From the UHGV virus genome UHGV-0202899: 39,170 bases of DNA; one strand, written 5' to 3'. Source of the DNA: a virus. The position numbers were made by a program, and so were the translations under genes. Shown here piece after piece: positions 1-7,376 of the stretch (the first letter of the stretch is position 1; every line of letters starts with the position of its first letter). The notes under the pieces are model-generated. The model made no database searches. It was not told where the DNA came from and saw nothing but the letters and a program-made list of their open reading frames with translations.

Positions 1-18
1 ATTTTGGACCACCTCCGG

Positions 19-255
19 CTATTTGGTAGCCACCCGCTCCTCGTCCTCGGTTCCTTTTCCTACTGCGGCTGCGTCCGTCATTCCCTCCCCGATTATGTAC
101 GCAATCAGGGTAGCACCAGCCATGATGATTCCTGCCACCTGGGTGGCCTGATTGTCACTTGCCCCACATGCCATCATGACAGGGGTCACAAACCCTACTA
201 CAGCAGCCCAAAACTTCCGGCTTGTCAGTTTCCTTGCCCAATCAATTTTTTTCAT
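19..255 (-). CDS. holin-like small membrane protein (about 78 aa). It has two hydrophobic segments and a charged C-tail.
   Basis: The 19..300 ORF was trimmed to the internal ATG at 255, which has an AGGAG ribosome binding site 8 nt upstream. The protein has an N-terminal KIDWARKL..KFWAAVVGFV segment and a second TMD, and ends with the acidic/basic tail TEDEERVATK. It is adjacent to another tiny membrane protein, and to the endolysin if the window is circular. Confidence 0.45.
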   Translation of the reverse strand: MKKIDWARKLTSRKFWAAVVGFVTPVMMACGASDNQATQVAGIIMAGATLIAYIIGEGMTDAAAVGKGTEDEERVATK

Positions 256-265
256 TCCATCACTC

Positions 266-535
266 CTATTCATGTGCCTGCTGGTTGATATGCTTCTCAA
301 TCTTGTTTATTGCCTCCGTCACAGGGCCATTGCACCCCTGCTCTTTCAAACCTTTCAGGCAAGCCAGTACCCCATATGTAAGCAGACATTGTTCGGCTTT
401 TATATGCTCAATCTCCTCATCCTGCATATTCTGTCTCAGGTACCACCGGTATACTCCGAATACAGCGGAGAATATCACTACCAGGGCCGTGATTACGCTG
501 GCTGCCGTTATGATTGTGTTGGTACTTATATACAT
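266..535 (-). CDS. small membrane protein (89 aa) with an N-terminal TMD, associated with the lysis cassette (XhlA-like role possible)
   Basis: It has a single N-terminal hydrophobic helix (IITAASVITALVVIFSAVFGVY) followed by a charged soluble part. An AAGGGAG ribosome binding site is present. It sits immediately upstream of the holin-like gene. Confidence 0.4.
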   Translation of the reverse strand: MYISTNTIITAASVITALVVIFSAVFGVYRWYLRQNMQDEEIEHIKAEQCLLTYGVLACLKGLKEQGCNGPVTEAINKIEKHINQQAHE

Positions 536-658
536 CCATGCTCCCTTATACCGCTGGATTCAATTCCAGCCATTTTTCTGCCATAGCCTTCCAAAGCCTT
601 GGGACCTGTTCCAATGTCATGATATTGTCCCTGATTTTAATGCCATAATACCTTCCCA

Positions 659-1069
659 TTATACCGTCCCCCCTTCCTGTGCCTCTGCCACGGCGCTTAT
701 GACAGCGCCCATGTCCCCAATCGCGCCGTCATGGACACTCAGGGTTTCATTCATTGCGGCAATCTGTTCTTTCAGAAGTTCCAGTTCCGTTTTCTGTCGG
801 ATCTCAAATGCGGCCTGTATCCTTCCATCTTCGGTCTTATCAACCGACCGAAAAGCCGGACTGCAAAGGGCCATGTCTTTGTAGGTCCCTATCTCAGCAC
901 CTTCAGTATTCTTAATACTCACCTCCGCCAGATTATCCATTGTGAGTTTGTCCCACAATGTCCCAAGTGTTGCCAGGTCCTCGACAACTATATGTATGCT
1001 ATATTTATCCGACCCATCCTCCATTGGGATTTCCGTGGAATCTTTCAAAACCATAATGTTTTTATTCAT
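659..1069 (-). CDS. hypothetical phage protein (about 136 aa)
   Basis: The ORF track entry 659..1093 was trimmed to the ATG preceded by AGGAGGGGA. The coding composition is protein-like. No motif was recognised. Confidence 0.45.
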   Translation of the reverse strand: MNKNIMVLKDSTEIPMEDGSDKYSIHIVVEDLATLGTLWDKLTMDNLAEVSIKNTEGAEIGTYKDMALCSPAFRSVDKTEDGRIQAAFEIRQKTELELLKEQIAAMNETLSVHDGAIGDMGAVISAVAEAQEGGTV

Positions 1070-1120
1070 GAGGTATCCCCTCCTTTCTTTCATTTTCTCT
1101 TTTTAAATAGCAAAAATATA

Positions 1121-1615
1121 TTACTCAACAAACATCCAGTCCTCTGCCAGCATATCAGCCTGGCTTGCCAGCCATCCCATCTGTACGCCGCTCGTGCCAA
1201 CAAACGCAATGGCTTTATTTCCGATGGCATCATGCATACAGTTTACAATCTCGCCCTCTGCATTTTTATAGCTGATACTGGTTGCCAGTTCAATGTGCTG
1301 ATTTTTTCCATTCCATCCCTGTCTTTTAACTTTCAATCCACGTTTCATGTATTTAATAGCATCACCAAAACCAAATGTGGCAACGCCGCCCAGGATGGGT
1401 GTGTTTTCTCCATTGGCCGGAATCCAATCCTCCGATAACACATTCTGCAATGTATATTCCACCCTTTGTGTCTCACGGATATCAAGCCTCTGATTATCCT
1501 TTGTGTACATAACGACTGTTTCCTTCTCCGGATCCCAGCACCAATATCCACCCCAGGACGGCAGTTTCATTGGGATACCCTTTTTCATATTGTTCAATGC
1601 TGCTAAAAATCTCAT
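1121..1615 (-). CDS. DUF2829-family protein. This is the family that contains the anti-Thoeris sponge Tad2.
   Basis: The C-terminal half reads FGDAIKYMKRGLKVKRQGWNGKNQHIEL ... GWLASQADMLAEDWMFVE, which matches the DUF2829 signature (K-x-GKKV-R-x-GWNGKG ... W-x-ASQ-x-D-x-LAEDWE-I-V). The N-terminal half carries a second degenerate copy (..LSEDWIPA). Confidence 0.7.
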   Translation of the reverse strand: MRFLAALNNMKKGIPMKLPSWGGYWCWDPEKETVVMYTKDNQRLDIRETQRVEYTLQNVLSEDWIPANGENTPILGGVATFGFGDAIKYMKRGLKVKRQGWNGKNQHIELATSISYKNAEGEIVNCMHDAIGNKAIAFVGTSGVQMGWLASQADMLAEDWMFVE

Positions 1616-1617
1616 AA

Positions 1618-1977
1618 TTCCTCTCTTTCTGCTGTTTTTCTGACAGCTCTGTTATTATCGAAAATAGCAATTTAGAACTGGAATCAGGGGCAGCTACCAT
1701 AAATACTGATTGGGCTACCGGATCAGCCAATTATTATAAAATCGGAAAACAATGTGTAGTAAATGCGCTTGTTACATTAAAGCAAGATACATCAGCTAAT
1801 AATACACTACTAATCAGCGGATTGCCTGCTGCTGCGCAGGAAAAAGTATGCCTGATTCATGGTACAACAGGATATGGGGTATTTAAAGTTCTTGCCAATA
1901 CTGGCGACATAACTATTGACGCCGGAGCCAAGGGAAACAGCATATTTTACTTCGAGATGATTTATCTTGGCAAGTAA
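1618..1977 (+). pseudogene. open reading frame of 119 codons, stop to stop, with no ATG/GTG/TTG start before codon 69. Its translation looks like a receptor-binding C-terminal domain, so it is a candidate remnant or alternative fibre tip.
   Basis: It fills the otherwise empty 365-nt gap between the fibre gene stop (1981) and the DUF2829 gene. The translation is ...ELESGAATINTDWATGSANYYKIGKQCVVNALVTLKQDTSANNTLLISGLPAAAQEKVCLIHGTTGYGVFKVLANTGDITIDAGAKGNSIFYFEMIYLGK*. It converges tail-to-tail on the fibre gene. Confidence 0.3.
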
Positions 1978-1980
1978 TCA

Positions 1981-4764
1981 TTATGTCGGTCTGTTAAATT
2001 TCCAAACCTGTTCCCAAGTGGCTCCATTGTAAAAGTCATACGCAAGGCCAGTATTGTTGAATGTTATTGATGCAATCTCACCGGAGTCATATTGTAACTG
2101 GATTGCCCTGTCTACGCGGTCTGGATATACAGATGTGAATCCATTTATATTCTTAACTCCGTTCAGGGTTACTTTTGCATTGGCAGTAGTTGCAGTATCG
2201 GAAACATTCGACAAATTGCTATTTTGCGTAACAATGGCACTGACAATATCCGCTGCTCCTCCAGGCAGATTCGCCGTGTTCCCAATCATCTCGAGCAGCG
2301 TCCTTCCATACGCCGCGTCCAATGGGTATTTTCCAGGCTCATTGCATAATCCATTATTGACAAGCTGTCCGGTGTGTAAGACAAATTTTAGGCCGGCTTT
2401 TAAATTCCTGAAAAAATCCCTTATTTTCATCCCGCTGACAAACTTATCATAAAAACTTTGGAAGCTTGTTATCTCCTCTACAACACCACTATCATCAAAT
2501 CCAGGAGCGGAAAATGAATCGCACATGTCCTGTACTGTCACCTTATCCCCTGGCTGTCCAAAATACTCCAGCCCCACATCCGGTTCCGGCCCTCCTGCGG
2601 TTACGGTTACATGCGTGGTGCCGGTGTAGGTGGTAAGGGCGTTCAGGGCGGACTGGGCTGCGGAGGGGAGGGGTTCCCAGGTGGGGGTGGCGCGCTCAAA
2701 CATTACATATACATCATGGTCTGCTACATATTGTTTGACTGCGGCATTGACCTCATCTATCCCCACATCTACGCCGATGCCTAATACACCTATTGGTACT
2801 GTGACAAAGATATTCCCATTGGAATTAATGGTGTATATATTCTCTTTTCCACCTGATGCTTTATTCCACTCGCCAACCTTTCCTGCACCAGCAATATTGC
2901 AATACCCTGCGGTCAATCTGCTATCTGCATATGCAGTCTTGCTGATTATCCCTTTGTAGTTATCAGTCCATATGGCTACGTACCGATTGTCGATTATGTT
3001 GTTAGGGGTAACCTGGCCTCCCTGGTTAGAGTATACGATACCTTCCGTAAGCTCTCTTAATGCCACATATCGCTCTATCCCCCACACGCCATCCCTGCAC
3101 ATTATCCTGTCCCGTACATCCCCCATACCGCGTAACGGCTCCGTCAGGGTGATGGATGCGGTCTTGGACTGATTATTAGCTCCCGTCACCGTCACCGCCG
3201 TGACATCCGTACTCACAATTTCCTGTGGATATTCCGGGCTGGGGGATGGCTTGCCTCCGGTGTAGGGTTCCCAGGTTCCATCACCGGACTGGTACAGCAT
3301 GGGATGATATGTTCCAGGCGTGATGGTGCTTCCAGCGTTTCCGTGAAAAAAGCATTCTACGTGCACATTTTCATTGTCAATCATGTCTTGGGTTATCTGT
3401 TTTGTGCTGTTTCCCTGCATCTCCGCAAATACTGTGTTTCCGTCCCATATACGTACATACATTTTGGGGATTGTCAGGTCGCTTCTTAATGTTAGATTCC
3501 CAGGCTTTAACTGACTTTTTAAATAATCCAATCTGTAACTTGCACTAAAGGCTCCAGTCAATGTTCCGGTGCCGGATATTGTATAAGCTCCACTATCTCC
3601 GCTAATGGCAGCTCCACCGGCACTTATATCTGTCATATCCACTAAGTCCAGCAGCTGCGCCCCGGTCGTAACCATCTGTTCGCTCTTCCCAGCTATATCC
3701 AGGTTTAGCAGGGGATGCTCCGCTGCGTCCGTCATGGTCACATGTCCCGTGCCGGATGCTTTCCTGACCGCGACCCCCTGGGTATCTATGGCTGATACAG
3801 TGGATGCCGTGCCATCAAATCCGGCTACCCCTGCGCACTGCTCCGCATATCTCTTTGCATCATCGGCACTGTTTTTTGCCTCTGCTGCTTTCTGGGTTGC
3901 TGTTGCTTCCTTCTCGCCTGCCACAACTGCACTCCCTGCCGCCGCTGTGGCACTGTCTGATGATTCCTTGGCCTTCTGGGTTGCCGTTGCCTCCTTCTCA
4001 CCTGCCACAGCTGCACTTCCTGCCGCCGCCGTGGCGCTGTCTGATGCTTCCTTGGCTTTCTGGGTTGCTACTGCTTCCTTCTCGCTTGCAGTGGCTGCAC
4101 TCCCTGCTGCCGCCGTGGCACTGTCTGATGATTCCTTGGCTTTCTGGGTTGATTCAGTTGCCTTCTGGGTTGCTATTCCTGCCTGTTCCTTCGCCTCCCG
4201 CAATGTCTCATTGGCTGTGTTGATTGCAGTTTCTGCCTGCCTCTGCCACTCAGCCTCGTTATTGACCCGCCTTTCCTCGTTGACCTTGCGCTGTTCTTCT
4301 GCTTCCTTCCTCTCGCTCTCATTGGCGTCCAGAATCTCCGTCTTCTGGGTAATGCGTTCCTCCAGCTGCTCCAGTTCACTCAGTTTCCCTGTATATGCCG
4401 GTCCATCAAAGATTGTATGGCCTACATATACCGCACCCCGGTTTGTGGCCCATTTGATGCTTCCATTCTCATCATATGCCCTTACCGCTATCCACACTGT
4501 GCCTTTCTGGGTGAGGCAGGTATCCGGTATGGTCCACGTAAGCAGTATGTACTCTTCCTGCACCTCAACATCAAGCAGGCAGGTATCCAACACGTTATTG
4601 GCATATTCCAGGTCCAGGCGGTAATTAAGGTTCGCAATATCAATACCACCCGATGTCACCCGGTCTATACGGATATGACGCACTTCCGCATTGTTATCAT
4701 ATGGTGTACCTATCTGCCGCTCAGAACGTGGTATGATGAGTTCCCTTCCCTTGACTGTAATCAT
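1981..4764 (-). CDS. tail fibre / receptor-binding protein (927 aa). It has an N-terminal baseplate/fibre attachment-type domain, a long Ala/Lys/Glu-rich coiled-coil repeat region and a beta-rich C-terminal part.
   Basis: An AAGGAG ribosome binding site is present. Its size and position after the capsid gene support the call. The coiled-coil part carries an 84-bp tandem repeat of 28 aa. The gene lies at the end of the structural block, before the lysis-type genes. Confidence 0.55.
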   Translation of the reverse strand: MITVKGRELIIPRSERQIGTPYDNNAEVRHIRIDRVTSGGIDIANLNYRLDLEYANNVLDTCLLDVEVQEEYILLTWTIPDTCLTQKGTVWIAVRAYDENGSIKWATNRGAVYVGHTIFDGPAYTGKLSELEQLEERITQKTEILDANESERKEAEEQRKVNEERRVNNEAEWQRQAETAINTANETLREAKEQAGIATQKATESTQKAKESSDSATAAAGSAATASEKEAVATQKAKEASDSATAAAGSAAVAGEKEATATQKAKESSDSATAAAGSAVVAGEKEATATQKAAEAKNSADDAKRYAEQCAGVAGFDGTASTVSAIDTQGVAVRKASGTGHVTMTDAAEHPLLNLDIAGKSEQMVTTGAQLLDLVDMTDISAGGAAISGDSGAYTISGTGTLTGAFSASYRLDYLKSQLKPGNLTLRSDLTIPKMYVRIWDGNTVFAEMQGNSTKQITQDMIDNENVHVECFFHGNAGSTITPGTYHPMLYQSGDGTWEPYTGGKPSPSPEYPQEIVSTDVTAVTVTGANNQSKTASITLTEPLRGMGDVRDRIMCRDGVWGIERYVALRELTEGIVYSNQGGQVTPNNIIDNRYVAIWTDNYKGIISKTAYADSRLTAGYCNIAGAGKVGEWNKASGGKENIYTINSNGNIFVTVPIGVLGIGVDVGIDEVNAAVKQYVADHDVYVMFERATPTWEPLPSAAQSALNALTTYTGTTHVTVTAGGPEPDVGLEYFGQPGDKVTVQDMCDSFSAPGFDDSGVVEEITSFQSFYDKFVSGMKIRDFFRNLKAGLKFVLHTGQLVNNGLCNEPGKYPLDAAYGRTLLEMIGNTANLPGGAADIVSAIVTQNSNLSNVSDTATTANAKVTLNGVKNINGFTSVYPDRVDRAIQLQYDSGEIASITFNNTGLAYDFYNGATWEQVWKFNRPT
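3889..4180. repeat. in-frame 84-bp tandem repeat of about 3.4 copies, encoding ATQKAKESSDSATAAAGSA(A/V)(V/T)AGEKEAT units of the fibre
   Basis: Copies begin at 3889, 3974 and 4058, with a partial fourth at 4142. They are nearly identical at the DNA level. Confidence 0.8.
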
Positions 4765-4779
4765 CCTGCCTGCTCCTTC

Positions 4780-5013
4780 TTATCCCTGGATTAACTCAAT
4801 CTGTTTTGCGCTTTCCATTGCAGCTTCTGCCACATTCATCTGGTTCAGGCTGTTTACAATCACTTCATGTACAGACCTGGGCATTTCTACATCAACGCCT
4901 CTTTCCACCAGATAGGCTTTTCCATTCACTCCCACGAACAGCGGTGCTTTATATCTGTCATTGTCCCTGAACAACCTGAACTTTACCATATCTTCTTTCT
5001 TTGATGCTGCCAT
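4780..5013 (-). CDS. hypothetical small virion-associated protein (77 aa)
   Basis: The start was reassigned to the ATG with a GGAGGT ribosome binding site. The gene overlaps the capsid stop (ATGA). No motif was recognised. Confidence 0.45.
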   Translation of the reverse strand: MAASKKEDMVKFRLFRDNDRYKAPLFVGVNGKAYLVERGVDVEMPRSVHEVIVNSLNQMNVAEAAMESAKQIELIQG

Positions 5014-5024
5014 GTTTACCTCCA

Positions 5025-6017
5025 TTAGTTTTCTGTATGGTCATTATAGGTGGATGCGGTTTCAATCCTGATCATGTACTGCTGTGACAGTATTTCTGTT
5101 ACCTTCATGGCTTTCCAACCCACGGTTGAACGCTGGTTTAACGGGTCGCTTGTACCTCCGCTTCCAAGTGGCTTTATGATTGTCTCAAGCCCTCCTCCCT
5201 CAATATTGGTTGTTGCATATGCATTTGCCCCAACCAGCAAGGTGGAATATACATCAATCCCTGACGCGCCGGCATTGACAAATTTCTTAGCCTCTGTGGT
5301 TTCCACGAACCTTACGCCCTCTAATGTCCCAATCTCTCCTTCATAGATTCTTTCCGGGTTTTTATATTTCACAATTTCAATGAATCTTTCATCGTTTGTG
5401 ATATCGTATGAACAATCAGGATGTATGATGGCTACATAGTGACCATTGATTTTCTGGGTATTCTGCACTTTAAGCGCCCTTACAGCCATTTTGATTGCTT
5501 TTACTGTCAACTTCATATCTGCTGTGATTTCAGCCCTGGATGAGACCTGTCCCTCTGCATACAGTACATTTGTCCCTGCGTTCAGGGCTTCCCTGGATAT
5601 GGTATCCAATGTCCCGCCTGCCTGGTTTCCGATGGATGTCGTGGCTTCGACAACAACATTATCAATTGCGGTCATGCTGATCTGGTCAGATAGGGATACA
5701 TATCCTCCATACTGTTTCACCTCTGCCTCCAGCTTCGTTACCGTCATGGTCTGCCCTTCCGGTGTCACTCCCTCAGTTAACGGGGTAAGGGCCTTTGGCA
5801 GCTGTTCAAACCGTCTAAATTCAATCCTCTTTCCTCCGTTCTTAGGTATGTTCCTTGCCTGTCCGAATTGATCATGTACCAGCATTGGTTTTGTATACCT
5901 CAACAGGTTCTTATCATAAAAAGTTTTCATTTCCGGTGCCAGCGAGGCGGTCCCCGTGGTGTTTGCCGGTATGGATGTATCAAATAACCTCAGGTTCAAC
6001 ATCAGTTTCTCTTTCAT
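5025..6017 (-). CDS. major capsid protein (330 aa) with an N-terminal LNLRLFD propeptide motif
   Basis: The gene sits after the scaffold gene, has an AAGGAGAAAG ribosome binding site, and has a size and composition typical of HK97-fold major capsid proteins. It shares the N-terminal MxxxLNLRLF(D/E) motif with the upstream scaffold. This pattern is known from 80alpha-type heads, where a Prp-like protease trims both proteins. Confidence 0.7.
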   Translation of the reverse strand: MKEKLMLNLRLFDTSIPANTTGTASLAPEMKTFYDKNLLRYTKPMLVHDQFGQARNIPKNGGKRIEFRRFEQLPKALTPLTEGVTPEGQTMTVTKLEAEVKQYGGYVSLSDQISMTAIDNVVVEATTSIGNQAGGTLDTISREALNAGTNVLYAEGQVSSRAEITADMKLTVKAIKMAVRALKVQNTQKINGHYVAIIHPDCSYDITNDERFIEIVKYKNPERIYEGEIGTLEGVRFVETTEAKKFVNAGASGIDVYSTLLVGANAYATTNIEGGGLETIIKPLGSGGTSDPLNQRSTVGWKAMKVTEILSQQYMIRIETASTYNDHTEN

Positions 6018-6032
6018 TCTTTCTCCTTCCCA

Positions 6033-6932
6033 TTATCCAATTGTTACATGCTCTCCATTCCGCGCCCTTTCTATAAGCGCGTCCATCTGCTCATACGTCA
6101 TATGCTCCACATCAATCTTGGTTGTTGTGGCTGCGTTTTTTCCTACCCCATTCTCGCTTGGCCTGGCCGCCCCTGACCTGACGGTATCAGCTACCTTCTT
6201 CTTCGTGTCATTCTCTGTCCTGGCTATCAGGCCCTGGCTGATTGCATCAAAGTGCAGCGCCTTATAGGCTGCCTCAACACTGACACCGGACCCAAGCATC
6301 CTTACGAAATCGGGATTCTGGCATTCAGCATCCATGCTGAAACCTGGGAATAACTGCTTGCAGCGTTCCGCCTCCATATTCCACCGTTTTGTAAGCTGTT
6401 CCCTCCGTCTTGCATCCTCCTGTTCCCTCTGCACTGCAAGAAGCTGCTGGTTCTGTACCTGTAGGTTCAGCAGGCCCCTATACTGGTCAACGGTCATACC
6501 GGCCTTCAGTGCGGCAGCCTCATAGAAACTGTCATCGTTATCGATGGCCGCCACTATGTCCTCCACCTTCCCGGTAGTGACACCATACCTTGCCCCCAGA
6601 AGGTTAAGCAGCGGTTCGTATGCCTTAAGCTGGCCCTGAAGCTGCTGGTTTTCCGCATATCTGCGGTTCACTGCTTTCTCAATGTCCCGGCCTATTAAAT
6701 CCTTGTACTCGGCCTTGATTTTCTTGAATGCTTCTTCCCTATCTTCTGGCGGTACAGGCTCCCCTATGTCCGGTCCCTCCGGTTCCGTCTCCAATTCCCC
6801 TTCCGGCTGTGTCCCCTCTTCCAACTGTGTTCCTGCCGCCTCTGCTGCTCCGGCTGTCCCATCACCTCCAGCACCACCGGACTCCCCGGCTGCACCTTCA
6901 AATAATCTCAGGTTTAATCTGATTCTCCTCAT
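6033..6932 (-). CDS. scaffolding protein (299 aa)
   Basis: The protein has an acidic, low-complexity N-terminal region and an alpha-helical Q/E/R-rich body. It lies between the protease and capsid genes. It carries the N-terminal RLNLRLFE motif. Confidence 0.6.
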   Translation of the reverse strand: MRRIRLNLRLFEGAAGESGGAGGDGTAGAAEAAGTQLEEGTQPEGELETEPEGPDIGEPVPPEDREEAFKKIKAEYKDLIGRDIEKAVNRRYAENQQLQGQLKAYEPLLNLLGARYGVTTGKVEDIVAAIDNDDSFYEAAALKAGMTVDQYRGLLNLQVQNQQLLAVQREQEDARRREQLTKRWNMEAERCKQLFPGFSMDAECQNPDFVRMLGSGVSVEAAYKALHFDAISQGLIARTENDTKKKVADTVRSGAARPSENGVGKNAATTTKIDVEHMTYEQMDALIERARNGEHVTIG

Positions 6933-6942
6933 CTCATTCTCC

Positions 6943-6989
6943 TTTCACGGTCTTTCCCGAGAGCCATCTTTCACGGTCTTTCCCGAGAG
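6943..6989. repeat. perfect 21-bp direct repeat TTTCACGGTCTTTCCCGAGAG, two copies with a 5-bp spacer, in the protease-scaffold intergenic region
   Basis: This is an exact match seen in the sequence (6943..6963 and 6969..6989). Confidence 0.85.
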
Positions 6990-7016
6990 TCAGGTTACTA
7001 CCATGCAATAACCATA

Positions 7017-7376
7017 TCAGATATCCTCCACTGAATCCAGCACCCCAACTTTTATGTAATCCGGATACTGTTCCTGTATCAGTTTCATTCCAGTTTCAAC
7101 TGTTTTTATGGTTGTTTCAAGTTCCTCACGGTTCCCCGGCTTTGACAGCACCCGCACATTGATTTCTCCTGGCCCATACATCAAATTATGGATTATCACC
7201 TTCTTTTCGTCTGCCATGTCCATTAACCTCTGCACCAGGGTCTGCCCTAGCATGGATATGGCAGCACATACGATATCATGCCCTTCAGGGAGGTGGTTCG
7301 TCATTCCATAACCGGCATGTCCCTTGATGATGATTTTCACATATCCCCTATCTGACCTTATATTTACCGTTGTCAT
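7017..7376 (-). CDS. Prp-like (DUF464) cysteine protease, likely the prohead protease
   Basis: The protein is 119 aa and carries the GHAGYG...HDIVCAAIS His/Cys dyad signature of the ribosomal-processing cysteine protease family. This family is used as a prohead protease in 80alpha-like phages. The gene sits between portal and scaffold. Confidence 0.75.
   Translation of the reverse strand: MTTVNIRSDRGYVKIIIKGHAGYGMTNHLPEGHDIVCAAISMLGQTLVQRLMDMADEKKVIIHNLMYGPGEINVRVLSKPGNREELETTIKTVETGMKLIQEQYPDYIKVGVLDSVEDI

Noticed and set aside
731-1438. 235-aa plus-strand ORF overlapping two minus-strand genes
   Set aside because: It spans an intergenic region with a minus-strand ribosome binding site, shows no coding periodicity of its own, and conflicts with the well-supported DUF2829 and 136-aa genes.
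1494-1730. 78-aa minus-strand ORF covering the DUF2829 start and gap
   Set aside because: It overlaps the ribosome binding site and start of the DUF2829 gene in another frame, has no ribosome binding site, and does not yield a plausible protein.
3889-4180. Possible CRISPR array because of regular repeats
   Set aside because: The repeats are contiguous with no spacers, lie in frame within a protein-coding gene, and encode a coiled-coil repeat.
3605-4624. 339-aa plus-strand ORF, and the nested 3804..4223 and 3825..4016 ORFs, inside the fibre gene
   Set aside because: They are antisense shadows of the Ala/Ser-rich tandem-repeat coding region. Their translations are low-complexity (SSAxF/AAVALSD repeats). 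They have no ribosome binding site and overlap a far better minus-strand gene.
1618-4764. Diversity-generating retroelement or invertible fibre segment
   Set aside because: No reverse transcriptase, template repeat or invertase gene is present in the window. No flanking inverted repeats were recognised by eye. This is kept only as a low-probability remark under the start-less ORF finding.
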